Shown here piece by piece: positions 39,961 to 51,830 of a DNA stretch of 64,000 bases. Source of the DNA: Malacoraja senta. Lineage: Eukaryota. Position numbers and translations under genes: made by a program. The stretch spans positions 2,048,001 to 2,112,000 of the forward strand of contig CM075990.1 of assembly GCA_038087875.1 (NCBI GenBank), read 5' to 3'. Numbering within the stretch: position 1 is the stretch's first letter; every line of letters starts with the position of its first letter. A model generated the notes under the pieces. It saw only the letters and a list, made by a program, of their open reading frames with translations, made no database searches and was not told the origin of the DNA.

Positions 39961-41149
39961 TGTGTCCAAGCCCTTAACAATCTCAGACAGCACCTGTAGT
40001 CAGGATTGAACCTGGGTCTCTGGCTGTGAGGCAGTGACACTACCGCTGCGATATTGCGCTGCATGAAACCCATCTTGCTGCGATTTAGTTTGAAAGATTA
40101 TTTACTGGGTATCAGTTGCAGCAAAATATTTCAACTGAACCTCTGTTAAACTGGGACAGAAAAAATGCACGAGCTTCTGGCAAAACAGGAAGCTAAAACT
40201 GGAAACGAAACTGGTATGGAATGTTCAAATTCTTCATCCCACCTGTGGGTAGCTCGCTGCGATACATAACAAGTCACAAGCGCAATAGCGAGTAGTCAGG
40301 GTGATGAAAGCCCTGAGCCGATGTTGTTGCAAAGGCTGCCTGGATGCTGCCAATAACTTGCTTGCTCCCTGTTCTCTGTGCGGCCCACATAGACTTTTTA
40401 AGGCCTGCAGCGCGGGAGCTGTTTGATTTGTCCATGGCACGACCATAAATGGAGTCTAATCTCTGCAAGTAGACAGCAGCAGAGCTGTTCACTTCAGAAG
40501 AGGAATGGGCCCTGGGATATTTCCAGTTGTTTTCCCGCAGTGGGGAATTTGCCCTCCCCACGAGAAATACTCATCGCTGAAAAATCTTATCTCCACAAAC
40601 AGCAGCAAGGACATCCAGAGTGCGAAATAAAACAGACGCAAAGTCCTGGAGTAACTTAGTGACTCTTGTAGATACAAAATGCTGGAGTAACTCAGCGGGC
40701 CAGGCAGCATGTCTGGAGAGAAGGAACCGGTGACATTTCGGGTCGAGACCCTTCTTCAGACTGTTAGTGACTGTTGCATTTGCTCCATTAGCTCATGAGT
40801 TTTCTCATCCAGAGGCTCAGTGGCACAGCGGTAGAGTTGCTGCCTCACAGCGCCAGAGACCCGGGTTCGATCCTGACTACAGGTGCTGTCTGTACGGAGA
40901 TTGTACGTTCTCCCCATGACCTGTGTGGGTTTTCTCCAGGTGCTCCTGCTTCCTCCCACTTTCCAAAGACGTACAGGCTTGTAGGTGAATTGGCTTCTAT
41001 AAATTGACCCCAATGTATAGGATAGAACTAGTGAATGGGTGATCATTCATCAGCGCCGATTCGGTGGGACAAAGGGTCTGTTCAACTCTGTATCTCTAAA
41101 ATTAAAAATGCAGCGGGACAGGCAGCATCTCTGGAGAAAAAGGATTGAT

Positions 41150-41177
41150 GACGTTTCGGGTCGAGACCCTTCTTCAG
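41150..41177 (-). ncRNA. Minimal hammerhead ribozyme-like core (best-conserved copy)
   Basis: Minus strand reads CTGAAGA-A-GGGT(CTCG)ACCC-GAAA-CGTC: both catalytic boxes, stem II, palindromic ACGT helix III and a GUC triplet. Activity not shown. Confidence 0.6.
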
Positions 41178-42704
41178 GTTGTCTGAGGAAGGGTCTTGTT
41201 ATGAAACGTCACCTATCCATATTCTCCAGTGATGCTGCCTGACCGCTGAGTTACTCCGGCACATTATTTCTTTGCTCAGTTCTCACAACCCAGCGTAACA
41301 CGTTCAATACTCTAACTCTCCCCTGTGTGAAATTAAACTGTCCAACGTTACTGTGCCCATGCCAACCAAGATGCCCCATCTACTCTAGTCCCACCTGCCC
41401 GCATTTGGCCTGCATCCCTCCAAACCATTCCTATCCATGCACCTGTCTAAATGCCATAAGGTCATGTGAAAGAGGCAGAATTAGGCCATTCGGCCCATCA
41501 TGTCTACTCCGCCATTCAATCATGCCTGATCTATCTCTCCCTCCTAACCCCATTCTCCTGCCTTCTCCCCATGACCTCTGACACTCATACTAATCAAAAA
41601 TCTTTCTATCTCTGCCTTAAAAAGATCCATTGACTTTGTTCCCACAGCCTTCTGTGGCAAATAATTCCACAGATTCACCACCCTCCGACTAAAGACATTT
41701 ACATGTATCTTCATCTCCAGCCTAAAAGAACGTCCTTTAATTCTAATGCTATGACTTAGACTCCTAGACTCTCCCACTAGTGGAAACATCCTCTCCACAT
41801 CCACTCAATCCAAGCCTTTCACTATTCTGTATGTTTCAGTGAGGTCTCCTGCTCAACATGTCTTTTAGCTATTTTGCTCAGTTTTGGTCTCCCTGTTGTA
41901 GTAAAGGTGCCAAGCTGGAAAGAGAGTCGAGAAAATTTATGAGGATGTTGCCAGATCTCGAGGGCCTGAACATTGAGGTATACGGAAAGGTTGGGCAGCC
42001 AAGGATTTTATTCTTTAGATTTCAGAGATGCAGTGTGGAAACAGGCCCTTCGGCCCACTTTACCCGCGCTGACGAGTGCTCACCTCATACACGAGCACTA
42101 TCCTACATATCAGGGACAGATTACAACCTTACAAGCTGTACTGTTAAACTCGAAACTCTAAACATATGTCTCGATAGATGCTATAACTTTGGAAACTAAG
42201 GATTGGGGACATTTCACTGCAATAAATATGCTGCAGAAATTACTTTTGTGCTGTGGAGGGTTATTGTCAAGTCATCTGTGCATGAAGAGTCAAAATCATA
42301 GTCACACAGTGTGCAAGAAGGCCCTTCGGCCCAACTTGCCCATACCGACCAACAATCCCCATCTACACTAGTCCCACCTGCCTGTGTTTGGCCCATATCC
42401 CTATAAACCTGTCATATCCATGTACCTGTCTAAATGTTTCTTAAACGTTGTGATAGTCCCTGCCCCAACTACCTCCTCTGGCAGCTCGTTCCATACACCC
42501 ACCACCCTTTGTGAAAAAAAGTTACCCCTCAAGTTCCTAATAAACCTTTCCACCCTCACCTGAAATCTATGTCCTCTGGTTCTCGATTCTCCTACTCTGC
42601 GCATTCACCCGATCTAGTCCCTAAAAAACATTTATTTTCTTTCATTAGTTTGCTTTACTTCTGCCTTGAATGAAGATCATTTTACCTGACCTACACCACC
42701 AGGC

Positions 42705-43117
42705 ATTTCAGGCCCACCGTCCTCATCTTTGGGCAGCCAGTGCGTCGGGGAGTGGGGAGAGCAGAAGATGTCCTGGTTGGGTTGTTCCTGGGCCTGGCCA
42801 AGCTGGCCATTCGTGGGTCACGGCTCCAGGCAGACGAGGGCTCTGCCCGAGCCGACTGCCTGCCCCGTTTCCAGGGTTACATCCGTGCCCGGGTGTCCTT
42901 CGAAAAGGAACACCATGGAGGAGTTCCGGGACCGCTGGGCACCGCGGGGGGGGGGGGGGTGACTGTATCCTGGATCAGGATTGCAATGTAGTATTTAATA
43001 TTTAACATGAATAATATTAGGTGATTTTTGTACTTTGTGGAGGGTGCGTTCTTACTGTCTTTGTAAATATTATTATTGTTCATAATTTAATACATTTATT
43101 AATTGTAAAAAAAAAAA
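42705..43117 (+). mobile_element. L1/Tx1-clade LINE 3' end with poly(A)
   Basis: PTVLIFGQPVRRG..DVLVGLFLGLAKLAI..YIRARVSFEKEH..EEFRDRWAP; AT-rich UTR; A11 at 43107-43117. Confidence 0.72.
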
Positions 43118-43338
43118 GTAGCATTGCTCTCGGGGTGAGATGCACAGTAAGGTAACGTTGAGATGTTGAATTCCACTCGACTGCCCGCTCTCTGCAACAG
43201 TCACATGTTTTACCTATCAGTGTGAAATATTTCTGAGGACAGCTCCAACCAAAAGTTTAGTTTAGTTTAGAGATACAGCGTGGAAACAGGCCCTTCAGCC
43301 CACCGAGTCGGCACCGACCAATGATCCCTGCACACTAA

Positions 43339-43846
43339 AGGGCCTGTCCCATGAGCATGAGACTGCATGCGTCTAGCGCGATCAAACGTGGTGGCTTGAG
43401 CCGTACGGCCTCGCGGGGCTGGTTCCACTTCCAACCGCGGAGCCGTCTGGAGTTGTGCGGGGCTGGTCCCAACATCAAACTCACCAATCAGCTGGGCAGG
43501 AGGCGGGCCGACTGAATTTGGACGTCGCACGGCGTCGGGCGGTGACGTCATCACACAACAGCACGCCAGGCGGTGACGTCATCGCGCAACGCCACGCACT
43601 AGGTGTACGCCATCAAGACACTGCGTTCGGCGTCAATACGCTGCGTACGGTCTCGATGCGGCTGCGGGCCGGCAGGCCGTTGCCGCGCAGAATTTTCGGA
43701 CAGTGTCAGTGTTTCGGAGCCCCGCGCGATGTCGGGACCAGCTCCGCACAACTCCATACGGCTCCGGCGATCGAAGTGGGACCGGCCCCGCGAGGCCGTA
43801 CGGTCGCGCTAGCCGCATGCAGTCGCATGCTCGTGGGACAGGCCCT
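43339..43846. mobile_element. CpG-rich PIF/Harbinger-type MITE with long inverted arms
   Basis: AGGGCCTGTCCCA..TGGGACAGGCCCT-like termini, flanks TAA/TTA, inner inverted blocks CCGTACGGCCTCGCGGGGC / GCCCCGCGAGGCCGTACGG; interrupts a SINE tail. Confidence 0.88.
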
Positions 43847-43944
43847 TTACTCTATCCTATACACACTAGGGACAATTTACATTTATAGCAAGCCAATTAA
43901 CTTATAAGCCTGTACGTCTTTGTAGTGTGGGAGGAAGTCAAAGA

Positions 43945-45125
43945 ACTCTGGTGACAAGAACAAGAAGGCAGATTATTATCTGAATGGTGTCAGGTTAAGA
44001 AAAGGGGAAGTGCAACGAGACCTGGGTGTCCTTGTACATCAGTCACTGAAAGTAAGCTGCAGGTACAGCAGGCAGTGAAGAACGCTAATGGCATGTTGGC
44101 CTTCATAACAAGAGGAGTTGAGTATAGGAGCAAAGGAGTCTTTCTGCAGTTGTACAGGGCCTTAGTGAGACCACACCTGGAGTATTGTGTGCAGTTTTGG
44201 TCTCCTAATTTGAGGAAGAACATTCTTGCTATTGAGGGAGTGCAGCGTAGGTTCACCAGGTTAATTTCCGGGATGACTGTCATATGGAAAAATGGAGCGA
44301 CTGGGCTTGTATTCACTGGAATTTAGAAGGATGAGAGGGTATCATAGAAACATAAAATTATTAAGGGATTGGACATGCTAGATGCAGGAAGAATGTTCCC
44401 GATGTTGGGGGAGTCCAGAACCAGGGGCCACAGTTTAAGAATAAGGGGTAGCCCATTTAGAACTGAGATGAGGAAAAACTTTTTCACCCCGAGAGTTGTG
44501 AATTTGTGGAATTTTACATAGAAACATAGAAACATAGTAAATAAGTGCAGGAGGAGGCCATTCGGCCCTTCGAGCCAGCACCGCCATTCATTGTGATCAT
44601 GGCTGATCGTCCCCAATCAATAACCCGTGCCTGCCTTCTCCCCATATCCCTTGATTCCACTAGCCCCTAGAGCTTTATCTAACTCTCTCTTAAATCCATC
44701 CAGTGATTTGGCCTCCACTGCCCTCTGTGGCAGGGAATTCCACAAATTCACAACTCTCTGGGTGAAAACATTTTTTCTCACCTCAGTCTTAAATGGCCTC
44801 CCCTCTAGTCTAAGGCTGTGGCTCCTGGTTCTGGACTCGCCCAACATTGGGAACATTTTTCCTGCATCTAGCTTGTCCAGTCCTTTTATAATGTTATATT
44901 TTTCTATAAGAATCCCCCCTCATCCTTCTAAACTCCAGTGAATTTTCTGCCTCAGAAGGTAGTGAAGGTCGATTCACTGGATGCTTTCAAAAGAGAGTTA
45001 GATAGAGCTCTTAGGGCTATCAAAAGGGTATGGGGAGAAGGCAGGAATGTGGTACTGATTTTGGATGATCAGCCATGATCATTTCAAAGGGTCGACCGGC
45101 CTACTCCTGCATCTATTTTTCTATG
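43945..45125 (+). mobile_element. CR1 3' fragment containing an antiparallel CR1 insertion (44516-44939)
   Basis: ANGMLAFITRGVEYRSK..LVRPHLEYCVQFWSP; insert flanked by GAATTTT at 44509-44515 and 44940-44946. Confidence 0.88.
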
Positions 45126-47128
45126 TAACTCAGAGAAAGCCCACGCAGGTCACGGGGAGAACGTACAACTTCAGTACAGACAGTACCGGTAGTCAGGATC
45201 GAACCCGGATCTCTGGCGCTGTAAGTGCTGTAAGGTATGACACAAAAGCAGTTCTGTGCTTGCCTTCAGACGAGAGTTATTTGGTTGTGGAGGGAGAGGT
45301 GGGGTGGGGTAGGAAGGGGTCTCAAATTGGAGAGTGAGGTGTACTTGTACTGAGTGTACAGGGGGTTGCCTTAGCCACTCTGGGGCAGTGGCTCTGCAAG
45401 ATGTGCCACTGTGCCGCGCTTGGAATGAATGTCGTGAATGTAAGCCAAGGCTATCCTTTCTGGGGTGTTGGTGTCTAGGCAGCAACAAGCTCTCTGGTGC
45501 TTCAATGATGCATTGCCTAACTTCCAGCAAGACAAACTGCAGCTGCAACAATCTGAAACTAAAATAAAAACTGCTGGAAGTATGCGGTGGCTCACTGCCT
45601 CACAGCTGTAGAGACCCGGATTCGATCCTGACCTCGGATGCTGTCTGTGAGGAGTTTGCACGTTCTCCCTGTGACCACATGGGTTTCCTCCAGGAGTTCA
45701 GGTTTCCTACCACATCTCAAAGACGTGCGGGTTTGTTGGTTAATTGGTCCTCTGTAAATTACCCCTAGTGTGTAGGGAACAGATGAGAAAGTGGGATAAC
45801 ATAGAACTAGTGTGAATGGGTGATCGATGGTCGGCATGGACTCGATGGGCTGAAGGACCTGTTTCCATGTTGTACCTCTAAAGCTCAATTTGGTTTTGTG
45901 TATTTAGTTGAGTTTATTACTGTCATGTGTACTGAGGTGCAGTGAAAAGCATTTTAGTTGCGTGCTATGCAATCAGCGAAAAGACTACATATGATTATAA
46001 TCCACAGTGTACAGGGCATAGAAATGCTGCAATAGACAATAGACAATAGACAATAGGTGCAGGAGGAGGCCATTTGGCCCTTCGAGACAGCACCGCCATT
46101 CAATGTGATCGTGGTTGATCATCCCCAATCAGTAGCCCGTTCCTGCCTTCTCCCCATATCCCCTGACTCCGCTATTTTTAAGAGCCCTATCTAGCTCTCT
46201 CTTGAAAGCATCCAGAGAACCTGCCTCCACCGCCCTCTGAGGCAGAGAATTCCACAGACTCACCACTCTCTGTGAGAAAAAGTGTTTCCTCGTCTCCGTT
46301 CTAAATGACTTACTCCTTATTCTTAAACTGTGGCCCCTGGTTCTGGACTCCCCCAACATCGGGAACATGTTTCCTGCTTCTAGCGTGTCCAAACCCTTAA
46401 CAATTGTATATGTTTCAATGAGATGCCCGCTCATCCTTCTGCAGTTGAAATAAAGTTTTATAAGTCTGGTGCGACAGTAATGAATGATAGCAGATCCACT
46501 TCTGGGACCAGCACGCAAAGAGTCGCCTGGCCTCGATGAAATTTCAAGCAAGGGTTACATACCCTCCATCTTTTACCTTGTGTGTGCCTGCTATGTGGGA
46601 GCAGTGATCTGAGGACAGAATTGGCCAAAGTAGCCCCTCATGGAAGTGTGGCCATCCACTCCGTCCCACTCAACATTACAGCATGATCGACATAATCTCA
46701 CTGCGTTTTGTGGGACTCTATTACACAGATTGCTGCTCTGCTTTCTACATTAGGACTAAGGTAGACATCCTTGGCTGGAAATTGCTTTGGCATGTGGTAG
46801 CACTGCATAACTTTGGCTGTTTCTCTCATTTCTCAAACCAGACAGATGGCCTCTTGCCCTCATCTACTTTGCATTGGAACCAATTTTTATCTGACTGCTT
46901 TTGTACACAAGTTCTTAAGTCAAAAAGCTGTTCCTGAACCTGGACGTTACAGTTTTCAAACTCCTGTACCTTCTTCCCAATGACAGGACTGAATTGAGAG
47001 TGAGGCCAGGGTGGTGTGATGATGCTGGCTGCCTTTTTGAGGCAGCGACTCTCGCTGGTCCCTTCGATGGTGGAGGGGTCAGTACTGGGCTGTGATGGAC
47101 TGGGCTTTTTTCTTACCAAAAGGCCTAG

Positions 47129-48258
47129 TGGTTCTTGGTTCTTGGTTTCTTGGTCCTCCAAAATATTCCAAATGGAATTTAAACTGGAGGTGGTGGAGGG
47201 AGGACTTAAGCCGGAAAGGTTTTTTGGGAAGAAAGAGCTACCTTAAATTTAGTTGCATCTGGTTGGGTAACTATGGTAGGGTGGAGATTATTCCATGCTT
47301 TAATTGTGCGGGGGAAGAATGAATTGCTGTACACATCTGTCTTGGTAGCTGGAATCACAAATTGGATCGAATGCCCTCGTCTGCTCCTAATTGGTTTGGG
47401 TTTGGTGTAGGTCTTGTAATCTACGTCGAGCTGACCATTTAACATTTTGTAAAAACAGGTCAAACGGTGAGCTTCACGTCTGTCTTGGAGAGGGTTCCAC
47501 CCCAGAGAATTCAGAAGTTTGGTAACACTCACTTCTCTCTCATAGGTGTTAGTAACAAATCGAGCTGCCTGTCTTTGGACACGTTCGATGGAACAAATGT
47601 TTTTATTTGTGTATGGGTCCCATGCTGCAACTGCGTAGTCCAAATGAGGTCTAACGAGGGTGAAGTATAGCTTCTCCTTGACAGAAGTTGAACAATGATG
47701 AAAGTTGCGCCTCAGAAAATTTAGGGCACCTGTTGCTTTCACCGTTGCATGATGAGTCTGACCATTCCAACGCAGATCATTCTGCGATTTGATGCCAAGA
47801 TACTTGGTTTGTTTGGATTCTTCAAGGGTGGTACCAAGTATATTGTACGATGTTTCGCCTGGATTCCTCTTTCTGGTGACATGCATGGTTTCACATTTGG
47901 AAGGGTTGAACTGCATGCCCCATTGTTGTGACCACTCAACCATTGTATCGAGGTCCTTTTGGAGAGCATCTTCATCATCAGCTGACTTAATTGGACGGTA
48001 CAGCAAACAATCATCAGCGAATAGTCTGGTCGTGCTTGCGACTTTTTCATGGATGTCGTTTATGTAAAGCAAAAACAGATGTGGGCCAAGTACTGTGCCC
48101 TGAGGTGTACCACTCAACACTGGATGACAATTGGAGCTCTTTCCGTTCACACACACACGCTGAAGACGTTTTGTCAGGAAACTGGAAATCCATTGTTTCG
48201 TGTTGGAACGAATACCATAGAAGTCAAGCTTCCGTAGCAGTCTCTGGTGTGGGATGAC
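47129..48258 (-). mobile_element. Divergent CR1-group LINE, 5'-truncated, uninterrupted RT/C-terminal ORF
   Basis: IPHQRLLRKL..SGTPQGTVLGPHLFLLYIND..RLFADDCLLYR..KYLG..LVRPHLDY..NSFFPRTIKAWNNL with no stop until 47206; 3' hairpin and (AACCAAG)n tail. Confidence 0.88.
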
Positions 48259-49499
48259 ATGGACGGGGCTTGCTGAGAGGGGTTGCTGAGAGGACCAAAG
48301 GTTGATTTGCTGCTCCTGCTCAGAGCAAGTCTTATCTGAGGTCTGGCTTTCCTTCATAGAGCAATGAATTTCCACTGGACTCCAATCCCTGGGGCTGACC
48401 CTAATCAATCAACATCAGCTTGTACGGACACAGATAGGAACGGGAAATGGTCCCGCTGAAAATATCCCTGATAAACCGGCGGCACGGTGGAGCAGTGGTA
48501 GAGCTGCTGCCTCACAGCGCCAGAGACCTGGGTTTGATCCTGACTACGGGTGCTGTCTGTACGGAGTTTGTATGTTCTCCCCGTGACCGCGTGTGATATT
48601 TCTACGAGATCTTCGGTTTCCTCCCGCACTCCAAAGACGTGCGGGTTTGTAGGTTAATTGGCTTGGTGTAAATGTAAAGACTGCCCCACTGAACTCATCT
48701 CCATCTTAATCCCAATCTATTTCCCTTCATCTTCCTGGTCCAGTCTCTTCTGACGCCCTCTGGCGACCTACCCTCCACAGCCTCCAAACCTATCTGCCCC
48801 CTCCCCAAAATCCACAGGCAGGGCTGCCCCAGGAGATCCAGCGTTCCCGCCTGCTCCTGCCCCACTAAACCCCTCTCCACATACCTCGATTCCATCCTAC
48901 CCCACCCTCCCCACCCCGTCCAATCCCCTCCGAACCTGAGTCCGAACAAGGGTCCCGACCCGAAACGCACCTGTCCATGTTCTCCAGGGATGCTTCCTGA
49001 CCCGCTGAGGTTTACTCCAGCACTTTGTTTTCCTTTTTGTGTAAACCAGCATCTGCAGTTCCTTGCTTCTCCAAAATAACGACAAGGCTTGAACACATGC
49101 AGAGCAAAAGAAGAACTTGGAAATAAATAGTTCTCTCTTCAGTTACAAAGAAATTAAAATATTGTGGATAAGCATACGGTATAAGTTAAAGTTCTTTATG
49201 AATATTTTGCAGTTTGTTTAGTTTTGAGATACAGCGTGGAACAGGCCCTTCAGCCCACCGAGTCCGCAACCGACCAGCGATCCCCACACACTAGCACTAT
49301 TCTAATCACACTAGGGACAATTTTACACTTTCCAAGCCAACTAACAGACAAACCCGTACGTCTTTGGAGTGTGGGAGGAAACCGAAGATCTCGGAGGAAA
49401 ACCCTCACAGGTCACGGGAGAAACGGCAAACTCCGTACAGACAGTCAGGATGGAACTTGTGTCTTCCCGGCGCTGCAGCGCTGTAAGGCAGCAACTCTA

Positions 49500-49677
49500 C
49501 CGCTGCGTCACTGGGCCACTCACACTGACATTGTACACTCTCTTGATGTATGGACCCACTGCGCCACTGGGCCACTCACACTGACATTGTACACTCTCTT
49601 GATGTATGGACCACTGCGCCACTGGGCCACTCACACTGACATTGTACACTCTCTCGACGTATGGACCACTGCGCCAC
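49500..49677. repeat. 55-bp tandem repeat, ~3.2 copies, in a SINE head
   Basis: Unit CCACTGCGCCACTGGGCCACTCACACTGACATTGTACACTCTCTTGATGTATGGA starting at 49500, 49556, 49611 and 49666. Confidence 0.95.
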
Positions 49678-51427
49678 CGTGCCGCTGTCAAAGTTGTCTT
49701 CATGACTTCATGATATTGCAAGTAAAGATTACATTCATAAAATATTAAATTTTAAACATATTCAAAGATAGTCATTAAAATGTTCGTCTTTTATGAAAAG
49801 GAGGTGGATTACCTGGTCATTTGAAATATTCCTGGCTGTTTAAAAAAGGCTCTGACCACCAATTTCCTACCATTCAATAATGGATGGTCTATTTTCCCCT
49901 TTCAAATTAATTCTCCTGCCTTCTCGCTGTAACCTTTGACACCAGTACTAATCAAGAATCTATCAATCTCCACTTTAAAAATACCTAATGACGGCCTCCA
50001 CAGCCGTCTGTGGCAATTGAATTCCACAGATTCCACCATCCACTGACTAAAGAAATTCTCCTCATCTTTCTGAAACTATGTCCTTTTATTCTGAGGCTGT
50101 GCCCTCTGGTTCTAGACACTCCCATTACTGGAAACATCCTCCTCCACGTCCATTCTATCTAGGCCTTTCATTATTCGGCAGGTTTCAGTGAGGTTTCCCT
50201 TATCCTTCTAATGTCCAGTATGCAGTCCCAGAGACTTCAAACGCTCCTCGCACATAACCCAATCATTCTCGTAAACCTCCTCTGGACCCTCTCCAAAGCC
50301 AGCAGAATCCTTCTTCAGATATGGGGCCCAAAACTGTTCACAAAACTCCAAATGTGGCTGACCAGGGCCTTACAAAGCCTGAGCATTGCTTTTATATATG
50401 CTAGCCCCCTTGAGATGAATGGTAGCATTGCACTTGCCTTTCCTACTGCTAACAACCAACTCAGGGTGGCACAGTTGTAGAGCTGCTGCCTCACATCGCT
50501 AGAGACCCGGTACAATCCCGACTACGAGTGATGACTGCGTGGAGTTTGCTCGTTCTCCCTGGGATTGGGTGGGTTTTCCCCGGGTGCTCCGGTTTCCTTC
50601 CACATCCCAAAGAAGTACATGTTTGTAGGTTAATTGGCTTCTGTAAATAACACCTTAGTGTGTAGACACGGGAAAGTGGGATAACATAGTACTAGTGAAC
50701 AGCCTGGACTTGGTGGGCTGAAGGGCCTACTTCCATGTTGTGTCTCTAAAACCTTCAAATTAACCTGCACCAAAGTCCCTGTGCTCCCTCCGATTTCCCA
50801 AACCTCTCTCCATTTAGAAAGCATAAAGTCTACGCCTTTATCTCTGTTAGCAAAGTACATGAGCGTACACTTTGCCACGCTGTGTTCCATCTGCCACTTC
50901 TTTGCCCTGTCTCCCTACCTGTCCAAGTCCTTCTGCAGACTCCCTGCTTTCTCATCACTACCTGCCCCTCCACCTATCTTCGTATGATACGCAAACTTGG
51001 CCACTAAGCCATCAATGGTTTTTTTGTAAACCAACATCTGCAGTTCCTTGAGTCCAAATGGTATCCAGACGGGCTTCAGTGCAAGAGGCACGGGGTTGAT
51101 CTGCAAACGCAGGGCAATGAGCCTGGACCACAGGATGGGTCTCAGTGAGGCTCCAGAGGGTTCTGTATTCCGTGCCCCACTCTTTAGGCTTCAGAGATAC
51201 AGCGCAGATACAGGCCCGTCGGCCCACCGACTCCGCGCCGACCAGCGATCACCCCGTACACTAGCACTACCACGAGGGACAATTTACAATTTTTACAGAA
51301 GCCAATTAGCCAACAAAACCCGTGTGGGTGGAAACCGGAGCACCCGAAGTGAACCCACGCGGTCACAGGAGAACGCACAAACTCCTTACAGACAGCACCT
51401 GTAGTCAGGATCGAACCCGGTCCTATG

Positions 51428-51830
51428 GTCTTGGTCTGGATCAGCCTGATCTTGTTCTGGATTCAACCTGAGCTTGATTTGGGATTAACCTGGTTTTGGT
51501 CTGGGAATAACCTGAGTTTCGTCTGGATTAGTCTGGGTTTGGACTGGAATTAACCTGGGTTTGATCTGGAATTAGCCTGGGTCAGCCTGGATTTGGACTG
51601 GAGCTACCTGTGATTGGCCTTGATCATCCTGGTTTTGGGCTGGAACAACCTGGAATCAGCCCGAGTTTAGCGTGGATCTGCCGGGGCTTAGCCTGGGGTT
51701 AACCTGGTCTAGATCAGTCTGGGTTTGGCCTGCAGCAGCCTGGGTCACCTTGGCCTTAGCCTGGATCAGACAGGGCCTGGTCTTGTCCAGCCTGGATTAG
51801 CCTGGGTCAGCACGGGCTTGGCTTTGATCA
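51428..51830. repeat. Degenerate ~10-11-bp satellite (CCTGG-centred)
   Basis: Repeated variants of CCTGGGTTTG / CTGGATTAG. Confidence 0.75.

Noticed and set aside
43339..43846. CpG-island promoter (also 29261-29600, 53880-54340, 59920-60300)
   Set aside because: The CpG richness is bounded by transposon ends or shared with other repeat copies, and no associated first exon is seen.
45171..45553. Possible minus-strand exon after TTTTTATTTTAGTTTCAG with open frames
   Set aside because: The acceptor-like text resembles the decayed end of the Penelope-derived repeat, there is no convincing donor, and the peptides are unrecognisable.
47206..48408. 400-aa ORF as a host or domesticated gene
   Set aside because: RT similarity begins mid-domain near 48258, the first ~50 codons are read-through flank, and a retro-type tail follows the stop. 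It is a truncated insertion.
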